DNA from: an uncultured Veillonellaceae bacterium
GTDB lineage: Bacteria > Bacillota > Negativicutes > JARBTT01
Direction of reading: 5' to 3'
Length of the DNA stretch: 64,000 nt
Assembly: GCA_963805085.1 (NCBI GenBank)
Contig: CAWDTA010000002.1
Location: 1,728,001 to 1,792,000, forward strand
Numbering within the stretch: the stretch's first letter is position 1; each line of letters opens with the position of its first letter. A model generated the notes under the pieces. The model was not told the origin of the DNA. It searched no databases and worked only from the letters and a program-made list of their open reading frames with translations. This document shows, in pieces, positions 18,334 through 28,925 of this stretch. Made by a program: the position numbers and the translations under genes.

Positions 18334-19938
18334 ATGGCTAAACTACTGCGATGGAGGCTTCGTAAGCTATCCGAGAAATTACAAAAACAGGTTGAGCAAC
18401 TAAAAGATATTGGGGCAGTAATCAGGGCTGCAATAAAAGATATACATAACTTTAAAGAGCCAACAGAAAAAACTTTCATTTTTACAAAAAATATTGAAAG
18501 TAAGGAGCGATTAGTGCGAAGTGCTTTATCACGTTGTGATGATATTAAGTATCGCTCATTTCAGGCGGGCAAAGCGAAAGCGTTATTAGTGTATTTAAGT
18601 GGACTTACAGATACAAATAAACTGGAAAAGACAGTAATTGAATGTCTAACTAGCAGGTTAGAAAGCAATGAATCAGTTAGGGACATAAACAAGATTATCA
18701 ATTTCTTGATTATTACCGCAAATGTTACAGTTGTTACGGAAACAAAGGAAGCAATAGCTAACATTCTGAAGGGGAACGCCCTTTTGTTAATTGATGGTAT
18801 TTCAGACACATTATCGATTGATATTGCCAAATATGAAAAAAGACAAATTAGCAAGTCAGAAAACGAAGATGTTGCAAGAGGACCCCATGATGCCTTTAAC
18901 GAAACACTTGTCGATAATATCGCTTTAGTAAGACGACGCTCAAAAGACCCAGACTTAAAAATTGAGATTTTTGAGATTGGTGAGAGAACACAAACTTCAG
19001 TCGCATTACTCTATGTTGATGACATTGTAAAGGCTAGCTTGGTGGACGAGATTAGAAATCAACTGCTCACGATTCACATTGACAAGGTTATCCTTTCTGC
19101 GAATATTGAAGAGTTCTTAAGTAACGAGGTTTGGAATCCGTTTCCCCAAGCGATAAGTACTGAAAGGCCTGACAAGGTAGTTGCTGGTTTATATGAAGGC
19201 AGGATAAGTATTATTGTTGATAATACTCCGGCGGCGCTAATCCTCCCAGTATCCCTTCAAGATTTTATGCAATCTGTTGATGATTATACGCAAAGACCTG
19301 CCGTAGCGAGTCTAACACGATTAACCCGTTATTTTGCGGCTTTTATTGCTGTTTTTTTGCCGGCGTTTTATGTGAGCATAGTTTCTTACCATCCTGGGAT
19401 GCTGCCATCTGGACTTGCTTTTTCTATTGCTGAGCTCAGGGGGAAGACTCCATTTCCAGCATTATTAGAGGCATTTCTGATGGAAGGTCTTTTAGAAATC
19501 TTCCAAGAAGCGATTGTTCGGTTGCCGCAAAAGCTGGCTGCAGCTGCAGGGGTTGTAGGAGCGTTGGTTATCGGTACGACAGTTGTAGAAGCAGCGTTAG
19601 TGAATGCACTATTGGTAGTTGTAATCGCGCTTACCGGTTTATCCTCATTTAGTATGCCTTCCTATACGTTCGGCATGGCTTTACGTTTCCTTCGCGTTGC
19701 AGCGCTGATCGCTGCCGCTGTTTTTGGTTTGTACGGTGTTGGGATCTCTTTTATCGTAATGGTTGTTTTTCTTTGTTCGTTGCATACATATGGCGAATCT
19801 TATCTGGGGGATCTTTTTGATATTACCCTGATCAAAGACTGGAAAGATGGGGTACTGCGATTTCCAGCTAAATTTTTAACGTCTCGTCCTAAAAGACTTG
19901 GAACTGAAGATAAAACTAGAATAGGTGGTGAGAAGTAG
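18334..19938 (+). CDS. Spore germination receptor A subunit (second operon)
   Basis: GPHDAFNE, TERPD, EAIVRLP. Confidence 0.92.
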   Translation: MAKLLRWRLRKLSEKLQKQVEQLKDIGAVIRAAIKDIHNFKEPTEKTFIFTKNIESKERLVRSALSRCDDIKYRSFQAGKAKALLVYLSGLTDTNKLEKTVIECLTSRLESNESVRDINKIINFLIITANVTVVTETKEAIANILKGNALLLIDGISDTLSIDIAKYEKRQISKSENEDVARGPHDAFNETLVDNIALVRRRSKDPDLKIEIFEIGERTQTSVALLYVDDIVKASLVDEIRNQLLTIHIDKVILSANIEEFLSNEVWNPFPQAISTERPDKVVAGLYEGRISIIVDNTPAALILPVSLQDFMQSVDDYTQRPAVASLTRLTRYFAAFIAVFLPAFYVSIVSYHPGMLPSGLAFSIAELRGKTPFPALLEAFLMEGLLEIFQEAIVRLPQKLAAAAGVVGALVIGTTVVEAALVNALLVVVIALTGLSSFSMPSYTFGMALRFLRVAALIAAAVFGLYGVGISFIVMVVFLCSLHTYGESYLGDLFDITLIKDWKDGVLRFPAKFLTSRPKRLGTEDKTRIGGEK

Positions 19939-21053
19939 TGGCGAATCTTGAGGCAAAGTCCAAAATGTCGTCTTGGCAATTTGGGATTGTCGTCACATCC
20001 GGTTTACTTACCGCGCGACTTTTATCAACAACAAGTTATATAGTAAGTGCTTCGGAACAATTTTTATGGTTGAGCTCGGCTTTGGCGGGATTGCTTTTTT
20101 ATTTAGCAGCCTATTTAATGATTCGTCTTGGACAGCAGTTTCCGGAAGAAACAATTGGTGAATATATTCCTCGATTGTTTGGCAAAACGTTCGGGGGTGG
20201 TGTTTTTCTTGTTTTTATCACAGTACTGCTCGTAAATATCATCAATTGCGTAGCAGCGCTTACTAAGCTGGTTTCGATATTCCTGTTTGATCAGACTCCG
20301 CAAGCGATTTTAATTCTTGTTCTATTGCTGGCTGTAGCTTACTGCGTTATGCAGGACTTTGGAACGATCTTGCGTGTAATTCAGATTTTGGGTTTTGCAC
20401 TGCCTTTGCTTTATATTTTTTATAGCCTTATTTGGCTCAATTTTGAACCCTTAAATGTACTGCCACTTTGGCCAGATAGTTTTATCGGGATATTGAAGGG
20501 GGTTATGTATCATATAGCTTATTATGCAGGATATGAGTCCTTGCTCGTGCTTTTGCCGCTGGCAAGGCGTGGAAAAGTTAGTTTCGCGCGCACTGTCGGC
20601 TGGGGATTCCTAATCGTCACGCTAATCTATGTCTTTGGCGGCTTAGTATTAGTCGGCAGTATCTCGGCGAAGACAATTGCAAGTGTTCCGCAACCAGTAA
20701 TTTATGCCATGAAGAGTATAGAGTTGCCAGGAACTTTTATTGAGCGGCTAGAAAACTACATGATTATGTTTTTTATGCCAGTAACGTATATTTCGATGGT
20801 GCTAAGTTATTTCGCTTTAGCAGAAGGCTGCCGGAAATATTTACACTACAATGATCACCGGACCTTTGTTCCGGTATTTTTACCGCTGATTTTTTTCATG
20901 AGTATCTTTGTTGATACACCAGAACGTTATGATGTATTTCGATATTTTGGTATGTATGTAATCTTATTTTTTTCTTTTGTTATCATTCCGATACTACTAT
21001 TTCTAGTCTGGTGGAAGAAAGGCAGGGGTAAAAATGCTAAGCAGTATAAATAA
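19938..21053 (+). CDS. Spore germination receptor B subunit
   Basis: FDQTP, YAGYE, FIERLE; multi-TM. Confidence 0.9.
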   Translation: MANLEAKSKMSSWQFGIVVTSGLLTARLLSTTSYIVSASEQFLWLSSALAGLLFYLAAYLMIRLGQQFPEETIGEYIPRLFGKTFGGGVFLVFITVLLVNIINCVAALTKLVSIFLFDQTPQAILILVLLLAVAYCVMQDFGTILRVIQILGFALPLLYIFYSLIWLNFEPLNVLPLWPDSFIGILKGVMYHIAYYAGYESLLVLLPLARRGKVSFARTVGWGFLIVTLIYVFGGLVLVGSISAKTIASVPQPVIYAMKSIELPGTFIERLENYMIMFFMPVTYISMVLSYFALAEGCRKYLHYNDHRTFVPVFLPLIFFMSIFVDTPERYDVFRYFGMYVILFFSFVIIPILLFLVWWKKGRGKNAKQYK

Positions 21054-22266
21054 AGTAAATGCTATGCATGTAGTCTGGCGAATTGCCATAGTATTATTTG
21101 GCATTTTCACTTGTTTGATTACAACAGGTTGCTGGGATGCGAAAGAAATACAAGATCGTAATTTTGTTTTGGTCGCCGCGATTGATGATGCAGATATAGT
21201 TGAGAAATCAGAGTCTGAAAAACAAAAAGCCCAAACTGAGACCTTTGTTCAGAAGCATGGTACAAAAGAATATATGCTTAGTCTTCAAATCCTGAAGATT
21301 GCTAAAAGTGACGGTAAAGGAGGAACACAAGCCAAAAATACTTTTGTTATATCGGATACTGGAAAACCAATGTTTGAAATGGTACGCGATATGCTTGGAC
21401 AGAGCAGTAAGAGTATCTTTTTTGAACATCTTGAGGCGATTGTTATAAGCGAGGCTGCGGTAAAAAAGAGCGGTCTACGACCAATTCTTGATTTTTTTCG
21501 TCGTGATCCAGAAATGCGTTCGCGGACAAAAATATTTATTACGCCTGGGGAAGCCAAAGTAATCGCTAATTTTAATCCACCAACAGGGGAAGCGGGCGGG
21601 CTATATCTGACTGGTCTAGTTAGGAATCATAAGAAAAACATTCATGTAGGTGGGGCTAAAACTGATGTTGGTTTTATTACCCAAGCGATGGATAATAGCG
21701 CTGATTACGCAATACCTAGGCTAGAATATGCTGATAACGTGCCAAAGCTAGGTGGGACAGCATTATTTAAAAACGACATGTTAGTAGGATATGCTGATGA
21801 ATATATTACCCGCGGGCTTAAGTTTATATATGGCACAGAAAAGTCAGCAGTTATATCTATCGCTTGCCCTGACCATCCAGATCAACAAATTGTCTATGAG
21901 TTGTTTAATCACGATACAAAGCTTACGCCACATATTGAAGGAGGCACGATTTATTTTACATTAGATATCGCGATGCAGGGGAATGTTGGGGAAGTAAATT
22001 GTGCGGCTAAACATGATATACATGATTTGCAATTTTTGCATAGTATAGAAGAGTTAATTGCCAAAGAAGTGTCACAAAACGCTCAAGATTGTTGGACGTT
22101 TCAGCAGGGCTTAGGTATTGATATTCCCAATGCTAAGGGAAGATTTAAAGCATATCATCCCTTTGAATGGAAAAAAATTAAAGATCGTTGGGAGGAAATT
22201 TACCCAACAATCCCTCTGATTGTTTCCGCCAATGTGAATGTTCGAGGAACTGGTGAGCATGATTAG
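21034..22266 (+). CDS. Spore germination receptor C subunit lipoprotein
   Basis: TTGCWDAKEI lipobox; DFFRRDPEMR. Confidence 0.9.
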   Translation: MLSSINKVNAMHVVWRIAIVLFGIFTCLITTGCWDAKEIQDRNFVLVAAIDDADIVEKSESEKQKAQTETFVQKHGTKEYMLSLQILKIAKSDGKGGTQAKNTFVISDTGKPMFEMVRDMLGQSSKSIFFEHLEAIVISEAAVKKSGLRPILDFFRRDPEMRSRTKIFITPGEAKVIANFNPPTGEAGGLYLTGLVRNHKKNIHVGGAKTDVGFITQAMDNSADYAIPRLEYADNVPKLGGTALFKNDMLVGYADEYITRGLKFIYGTEKSAVISIACPDHPDQQIVYELFNHDTKLTPHIEGGTIYFTLDIAMQGNVGEVNCAAKHDIHDLQFLHSIEELIAKEVSQNAQDCWTFQQGLGIDIPNAKGRFKAYHPFEWKKIKDRWEEIYPTIPLIVSANVNVRGTGEHD

Positions 22267-22503
22267 CTAAGAAAATAAGAGCTTAACTAGGAAAAATAGT
22301 ATGGCTGTGCTACCCCAGACTGTTGTAGTCCACCAAGCAAGATAAGCATCACCTGTATTTTGGGACTGTCTATTTGAGGTTTTGAAAAGCTGCCATGAAA
22401 TCTTGGCTGAAATTATGCAAGTTAGTATCATCCATAATGAACAATAATGTAAGATGATGTATATGACATGCTGATAGATTGAATAAAAATGCAAATTTGC
22501 CAT
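22267..22503 (-). CDS. Small membrane protein
   Basis: RBS aggagga; two hydrophobic segments; follows the DUF421 gene. Confidence 0.55.
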   Translation of the reverse strand: MANLHFYSIYQHVIYIILHYCSLWMILTCIISAKISWQLFKTSNRQSQNTGDAYLAWWTTTVWGSTAILFFLVKLLFS

Positions 22504-22612
22504 AGCTCCTCCTAGGATCGTTTTAGTTATTATTACAAGTTGGTTAATTTTTTATGTTAGTAGTATCTAAAAGTGAGATTGACCCAATAGAGCAAGAAGT
22601 GATCAAGATGGT

Positions 22613-23329
22613 CTACTGATCTGATTTCATATCAGCATAAACCTTACCTTCAGGTGTTAATATGGCTACAGTTACATCCTTTATATCAGTTATGCCTTGA
22701 AGCTGTAATTGCTCTTGTAACCATACTTCTGAAATATGTAGTAATGATAAATTCTGCTGCAGTATTTCTCCATTGATAACCAATTCTTTACCGGTGTATT
22801 GAGATGCTGTAGCTATATTATTTTGTTTGGAAATGTTTAAGTCCTTGGCTGTCACCGCTCTATATTCAGCCTTTTTAAGTATACTCAATTGGCCATTAGT
22901 CTCTAAAATGCCGACTTCAACTTCATTGGGGTCGAAAATTTGTTTTTCTCTGAGCTGGGCTAAAAGATCGCTAGCACTATAAAATCCAGTAGCAAGGTTA
23001 CTTTCTAATATTTTACCAGCACGAATAACTACTCTTGGCTGATCATTCAACAATTTTTTCACAGGCGCGTTATGTAAAGTGATTATATTCATTGTAATAA
23101 CTAAAATAGTCCATGTAGTGAAGCATAAGAGTTCCGTAGTAAGAGAAATCGATTTATTTGCCATCGCTGAAGCTGCAAGCGAACCAATGGTGGTACCTGC
23201 TAAATAATCAAAAAATGTTAGTTGTGAAATTTGCTTTCTTCCTAATAGTCGAGCGATTACCAGTACGATAAAAAAAACAAAAGTTGTACGCAATATTGGT
23301 TCGAAGATAGATGGTTCCAAAGCTTGCAT
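22613..23329 (-). CDS. DUF421 (YetF/YcaP) family membrane protein
   Basis: GRKQISQLTFFDY, LLAQLREK, ILETNGQLSIL. Confidence 0.9.
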   Translation of the reverse strand: MQALEPSIFEPILRTTFVFFIVLVIARLLGRKQISQLTFFDYLAGTTIGSLAASAMANKSISLTTELLCFTTWTILVITMNIITLHNAPVKKLLNDQPRVVIRAGKILESNLATGFYSASDLLAQLREKQIFDPNEVEVGILETNGQLSILKKAEYRAVTAKDLNISKQNNIATASQYTGKELVINGEILQQNLSLLHISEVWLQEQLQLQGITDIKDVTVAILTPEGKVYADMKSDQ

Positions 23330-23559
23330 TATTGTAAGTCTCCTTCCGAGGATTTAGCTTTATAATTTCCTTTTTCCTAAAATTTTACTAAGGAAATAAC
23401 TGGATGATAAAAAAGCTGCCTACTGTGAAAGTCTAACTTGGAATTTGTAATGACGAAATAGCTTCTGAAATTGTTTTTTTATGAGTAAGAAATGATACTA
23501 TATGGGGATAGCCTTTGCTTTTGTGTGAAGGGCCTAGGTTTGGTAGGAGGATTTTATTT

Positions 23560-23685
23560 ATGGGTTATGGTTTAAGTTTATTGGCGAGATTAGGGATTAC
23601 TTTAGAGGTATTTAAAATAGCATTTGCTGCGGGATTATCCTGGATGGTTGCTTCAACAATTACTGAAAATGCATATCCGATTTAG
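23560..23685 (+). pseudogene. N-terminal fragment of an aromatic acid exporter/FUSC-like protein
   Basis: RBS aggagg; GITLEVFKIAFAAGLSWMVA then a stop after 41 aa. Confidence 0.5.
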
Positions 23686-24303
23686 GACGTATCTTAGACG
23701 AGATTGAAGATAAGTTTCCAGACTTAAATGAAAAAGATGTTATATTTAGAAGCCAGTTGCTAAAGATTGGTACTACATCAGATGAATAATAATTTTTAAT
23801 AGGGGTATCATGCCTGCCAGTGATCCCATATCCATTAAAGCAACATTTTGTAAATGAAGTAGAAATAGTATCACTTGACTATATTAAGTGCACATGATAA
23901 TTAAGCATATAAAGTTGGTTCCAAAACGTTTAAGAGTTAAAAAGTTCCTTCTACTGCATCACATTTAGAAAACCTATATAATATTGCTCTGAAGTTTGGT
24001 TCCCGATTGAGAAAAAGAAATAGTCTATGTATGAGACAAAAGAAAGTACATACTTTGGTTATATTACATGTAAAAAGCGGGCTGACTAGTGAAATTACTA
24101 GTCAGCTCGTTTTTTATTTAGTATTATTGCCACCGGTAAAACTGTTGGAGCAGAATAGATGGACCACCTAATTTTTTGACATAGTAAATGCATATTTTCA
24201 TGTGTAGTATTTTCTACAAAATTAGGGGATTATATAACGATTACTTGTTATTGTTAGAATAATATACAAGTTGAATAGATCATGAAAAGAAAGTACTTAC
24301 TAG

Positions 24304-24355
24304 TACCTGTGTCTTGTCACATGTATTGACATATAAAAAGGTGATGAATTACAAT
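24304..24355 (+). promoter_or_regulatory. NiaR (YrxA)-type operator abutting a sigma-A promoter of nadABC
   Basis: TACctGTGTCTTGtCACaTGTA at 24304-24325, then TTGACA (24326) -18 bp- TACAAT (24350). Confidence 0.7.
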
Positions 24356-24438
24356 GAGTATGGAAATATTATGGCTAACAAACTGCATTTGGATTGAAAT
24401 GAACAAAAAATATAGCTAAAAGAGATGGAGGAAAGGTA

Positions 24439-25344
24439 ATGCTAAATTTAAAAACGGAGATACAGCGACTGAAAAAAGAAGCTAATGCGGTAATCTTAGC
24501 TCACAACTATCAGTTAGAGGAAGTGCAAGAAATTTCTGATTTCATAGGAGATTCTTTTTATTTAAGTAAGATTGCTGCTACGACAAAGCATGATGTTATT
24601 GTCTTTTGCGGAGTTCACTTTATGGCAGAAACAGCTAAACTTTTATCTCCAGAAAAAGCTGTTTTATTGCCGGAAAAAGATGCTGGCTGTCCCATGGCTG
24701 ATATGGTTACAGCGGATGGATTACGTAAACTGAAGCTGGAACACCCTGGGGTGCCAGTTGTGTGTTATGTGAATTCTTCGGCAGAGGTAAAGGCAGAGAG
24801 TGATATTTGTTGCACTTCATCCAATGCGGTAAACATTGTCGCTTCATTAGAGAGTGAGAAAGTAATTTTTGTTCCAGATGAACATTTGGGTGATTATATT
24901 GCCAAGAAGATACCCGATAAACAGTTAATACTTTGGAAAGGTCATTGCATTACGCATGCTAAAGTAAAACCTGAAGAGGTAAAAAAAATTCGTCAGTTGC
25001 ACCCTGACGCTGAGTTATTAATTCATCCAGAGTGTAGTCCTGAGGTTGTAAAGTTGGGAGATTTTGTTGGTAGTACATCTGACATTATTCAGCATGCTGA
25101 GCAATCAAATGCAAAGAGCTTTATTATTGGTACGGAAATGGGAGTAGTTTCTACCTTAAAAGCATCTTTACCAAATAAAAAATTTTATTTAATGCATCCT
25201 GGCTTGGTGTGTCCTAATATGAAAAAGACAAGAGTTCAAAGTGTGTATGAGGCTTTACGTGATCATAAATACGAAATTAATGTTGCAGAAGACATTGCTT
25301 TAAAGGCGCGAAATACATTGCAAAGGATGTTGAAGATAGGATGA
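24439..25344 (+). CDS. nadA: Quinolinate synthase
   Basis: ILAHNYQ, FCGVHFMAE, AGCPMA, YVNSSAEVKA, HPEC, CPNMK. Confidence 0.97.
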   Translation: MLNLKTEIQRLKKEANAVILAHNYQLEEVQEISDFIGDSFYLSKIAATTKHDVIVFCGVHFMAETAKLLSPEKAVLLPEKDAGCPMADMVTADGLRKLKLEHPGVPVVCYVNSSAEVKAESDICCTSSNAVNIVASLESEKVIFVPDEHLGDYIAKKIPDKQLILWKGHCITHAKVKPEEVKKIRQLHPDAELLIHPECSPEVVKLGDFVGSTSDIIQHAEQSNAKSFIIGTEMGVVSTLKASLPNKKFYLMHPGLVCPNMKKTRVQSVYEALRDHKYEINVAEDIALKARNTLQRMLKIG

Positions 25345-26933
25345 TGAAAAAACGTAGTTATATCGTTTCACCTAAAGCTCAGCTAAATAGGTTGGAGTCA
25401 AAAAATTATGACGTTGTTATTGTTGGTGCTGGCATTGCTGGAATGAGTGTTGCCTTATCTTTAAATCCTAAATTAAAAGTTGCCCTTATGAGTAAAGAAG
25501 AAATTGATGAAAGCAGTACCTATAAAGCACAAGGCGGTATGGCTATTCCCATTGGGGCTGATGATAGTCCTGAAAAACATATAGCGGATACATTACATGT
25601 TGGCAGAGGCCTATGTCGCCAGCCAGCAGTAGAGGTACTGATTAGAGAGGGGGCCAAAGCGTTAGAGTTTTTAGAATCGCTGGGGACAAACTTTAATCAT
25701 GATGAAAATGGAATATGCCTGTCACGCGAAGCGGGACATTCTGAGAATCGTATCGTTCATTACTACGATTATACCGGGCGCCATATAGCTGAATCTATGG
25801 CAGCAAAAGTAGCAGAAAGATCAAATATAGATTTATTTCACCATTGTTTCTTAGTAGATATTTTAACTAAAGACCAACAATGTAATGGCTGTATTGTTGA
25901 AAATTCTGGTGAGCTTATGGTACTTCATGCCAGTGAGGTTGTAATTGCAACAGGTGGGTATAGTGGTTTGTTTGCTCGGTCAACCAATACCATGACAGCA
26001 AATGGTGATGGTATTGCTGCGGCATATCGGGCTGGTGCTTTTATCGCAGATATGGAATTTGTTCAGTTTCATCCTACTGCCTTTACCACGAATACAGGAA
26101 AAGTGTTTTTGTTGACCGAGGCGTTGCGGGGAGAAGGTGCATATTTACTAAATGATGCTGGCAAAAGGTTTATGCTTGATTATCATCCAAGTGGTGAACT
26201 TGCTCCTCGTGATGAAGTGGCAAGAGGTATCGTTAATGAAATGAAATTAAAAAGTACAGACGTAGTTTATCTGGATGCTAGACATATGGGGGGAAAGTAT
26301 TTAGCTGATCGATTTAGACAAGTGTATTCTGAACTAGTTCAAAATGGTTATTATATGGAACGTGATCTGATACCGATTGCTCCTGCGGCGCATTATACGA
26401 TTGGCGGTATTTTAACCGATCTTTTAGGAAAGAGTACGCTGCTTCATTTATATGCGTGCGGCGAAGCTGCTTCAACAGGAGTGCATGGTGCCAATCGTCT
26501 TGCCAGCAATTCTTTATCAGAAGGAGTAGTCTTTGGTCGTAGAGTAGCTCATGCAATTAATACGGAATTTCATAAAACTGATCTTGTTGCAGTAAGTGAT
26601 ATGGAGGGAGAAAGAGTTTGGTATTCTACTGATATTAAAAAGTTGGGCCAGGATCTGGCTAGGGTAGCTGGTGTGATTCGTAAAGGTGAAGAGTTAAGTT
26701 CTTTACTTGAGACACTAAAATGTGAGGCTGAGGATGAAAAAAACTCTATGGAATCTGTTCAAGGTTATCAAGCTTGCAATGCCTGTCAGCTGGCAGAGTT
26801 ATTATTGGAGGCAGCATTACTTAGACGTGAAAGCAGAGGAACTCATTATCGCGAGGACTATTTGGCAAGAAATGATGTTGATTTTAATAAACATATTGTA
26901 CAGCAATGGGGAAGGAGAACTGCGTTACAATGA
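25341..26933 (+). CDS. nadB: L-aspartate oxidase
   Basis: GAGIAG, AQGG, QFHPT, TEALRGEG, HGANRLASNSL. Confidence 0.95.
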   Translation: MMKKRSYIVSPKAQLNRLESKNYDVVIVGAGIAGMSVALSLNPKLKVALMSKEEIDESSTYKAQGGMAIPIGADDSPEKHIADTLHVGRGLCRQPAVEVLIREGAKALEFLESLGTNFNHDENGICLSREAGHSENRIVHYYDYTGRHIAESMAAKVAERSNIDLFHHCFLVDILTKDQQCNGCIVENSGELMVLHASEVVIATGGYSGLFARSTNTMTANGDGIAAAYRAGAFIADMEFVQFHPTAFTTNTGKVFLLTEALRGEGAYLLNDAGKRFMLDYHPSGELAPRDEVARGIVNEMKLKSTDVVYLDARHMGGKYLADRFRQVYSELVQNGYYMERDLIPIAPAAHYTIGGILTDLLGKSTLLHLYACGEAASTGVHGANRLASNSLSEGVVFGRRVAHAINTEFHKTDLVAVSDMEGERVWYSTDIKKLGQDLARVAGVIRKGEELSSLLETLKCEAEDEKNSMESVQGYQACNACQLAELLLEAALLRRESRGTHYREDYLARNDVDFNKHIVQQWGRRTALQ

Positions 26934-27760
26934 ATAATTTGATCTTAGATGATTTATTACGCAGGTCTTTAGTAGAGGATATTGGAGTTGGGGATATTAC
27001 AAGTGAGGCTATTTTTGCTGATGACCATGTATCTCAAGGGTATCTTATTGCTAAAGAAAATTTTATCTTAGCAGGAATCAATGTATTTACTCGCACATTT
27101 GCTTTATTGGATGAGCGTGTAAAAATAAGAGTACAGTATAAAGATGGTACATTAATTCAACGAGGGGACAAATTTGCAACAATTGAAGGACCTACTAGAG
27201 CCTTGTTGTCAGGTGAACGGGTGGCACTAAATTTCTTACAACGGATGTCGGGAATCGCCACGCAAACGAGTCGATATGTAGAGGTTCTTAAAGAGTGTTC
27301 AGCTACAATCGTTGATACACGCAAAACTACCCCTGGGTTACGCATGCTAGAAAAATATGCTGTGAAAGTTGGGGGCGGGAATAATCATCGTTATGGTTTA
27401 GATGCAATGGTATTAATCAAAGATAACCACATTAAGGCTGCTGGTGGCATTCGCCTAGCAGTAGAGCGCGTACATAGCAATGCTTCTTACTTTAGAAAAA
27501 TTGAGGTGGAAGTAGAAAATTTATCCCAAGTGCAAGAAGCTTTAGAAGCCGGTGTTGACATTATTATGCTAGATAACATGAATTCAACTATGATTAAGCA
27601 GGCTGTCGAAATAATTCAAGGTAAAGCTTTAATCGAAGTTTCTGGCAATGTAGTTTTAGAGAGAATGGCAGAGCTAGCTAGTCTTGGGGTTGATATTATA
27701 TCAAGTGGTGCGTTAACGCATACGGTAAAAGCTGCGGATATTAGTATGCGATTAGAGTAA
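26930..27760 (+). CDS. nadC: Quinolinate phosphoribosyltransferase
   Basis: DTRKTTPGLR, KDNHI, EVEVE, IMLDN. Confidence 0.97.
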   Translation: MNNLILDDLLRRSLVEDIGVGDITSEAIFADDHVSQGYLIAKENFILAGINVFTRTFALLDERVKIRVQYKDGTLIQRGDKFATIEGPTRALLSGERVALNFLQRMSGIATQTSRYVEVLKECSATIVDTRKTTPGLRMLEKYAVKVGGGNNHRYGLDAMVLIKDNHIKAAGGIRLAVERVHSNASYFRKIEVEVENLSQVQEALEAGVDIIMLDNMNSTMIKQAVEIIQGKALIEVSGNVVLERMAELASLGVDIISSGALTHTVKAADISMRLE

Positions 27761-27782
27761 TTTAACAGTTTGGCAACTAAGG

Positions 27783-27853
27783 CCTACATCCTAGAAATTA
27801 TTTGGATGTAGGCTTTTTCTGAATTATAATTTCGTTAATTCTTTAAATTCTTC
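27783..27853 (-). pseudogene. Degenerate copy of the 3' end and terminator of the XRE gene (partner 30537-30608)
   Basis: ttggatgtaggctttttctga...aattctttaaattcttc shared; minus strand reads IEEFKELTKL*..QKKPTSK*. Confidence 0.7.
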
Positions 27854-28058
27854 TATTGTATTGATCTTGAAATAGCTGAATTATTCCTATTTGCCACCAA
27901 CGATGAGATAGCGCATAGGCTACGGAATAGTTACAATCAATTTACAACGATTTGCTCACAATACTATCATTTTAGGTAGTATCTACCGTAAAAGTGCATA
28001 CTTTCTTTTTATGTAAAATCATATACAATTAGAAGAAAAAGGAAAGAAGCGTTAATAA

Positions 28059-28865
28059 ATGAAATTAATTAATGTAGATGAAACAAAATGTATTCAATGC
28101 GGAATTTGTACAAAAGTTTGTGGACCAGGAATCTTAAAAATGGGGGGGAATGGTCCAGAAGCTATTCAACCGGAAGTTTGTATCGCCTGCGGTCATTGTG
28201 TTGCGGTGTGCCCGCATATGGCACTTGATAATAGCAAGACACCTTTGAAAAGTCAAACTGCTCTGGAGAGATTTCCAGTTCTAACTGCAGAAACAGCAGA
28301 GCAGTTTCTTAGGTCTCGCCGCTCCACCCGCTGCTTTAAACCGATTTCTGTGCCGCGAGAACAGTTACTGCAGTTAATTGAAATTGCTCGTTTTGCTCCC
28401 ACTGCCGGCAATCAGCAAGACGTATCATATAGGGTTGTCGAAAATATGGCAACTCTTAAAAAAGCTACTGAAGTAACGATAGAGTGGATGGAGGCACAAG
28501 GAAAAAATCCGTTGCGTTGGAGTTTCCCTCACCACGTTCGTGCATACCGAGAGACTGGCGTAGATAGGATCTTACGAGATGCTCCCCATCTAATTTTAGC
28601 AACTACGCCCAAAGATTTTTCGCGGGGCCGGGAAAATACGATTTTTTCTCTTGCCTACCTAGAACTATATGCTCCTGCTCTTGGGTTAGGTTCTTGCTGG
28701 GCTGGACTGCTGGAAATGTGTCTATTTGCAAAGCATGCTCCGCTATTGGAGCTATTCAGCATCCCTAAAGATAAGGAGGTCACCGGTGCAGTTATGGTTG
28801 GTTACCCTCAATATCGTTATCAAAGACTAGTAGAACGCAATCCGCTAGATGTTATTTGGCTGTAA
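28059..28865 (+). CDS. Nitroreductase with N-terminal 2x[4Fe-4S] ferredoxin domain
   Basis: CIQCGICTKVC, CIACGHCVAVCP, RSRRSTR, APTAGNQQ, GLGSCW. Confidence 0.92.
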   Translation: MKLINVDETKCIQCGICTKVCGPGILKMGGNGPEAIQPEVCIACGHCVAVCPHMALDNSKTPLKSQTALERFPVLTAETAEQFLRSRRSTRCFKPISVPREQLLQLIEIARFAPTAGNQQDVSYRVVENMATLKKATEVTIEWMEAQGKNPLRWSFPHHVRAYRETGVDRILRDAPHLILATTPKDFSRGRENTIFSLAYLELYAPALGLGSCWAGLLEMCLFAKHAPLLELFSIPKDKEVTGAVMVGYPQYRYQRLVERNPLDVIWL

Positions 28866-28925
28866 TATAGAACATGTACTAACTTTAGCAAAATTACGAT
28901 AAGTATGAATAAAGGATGGAATTCA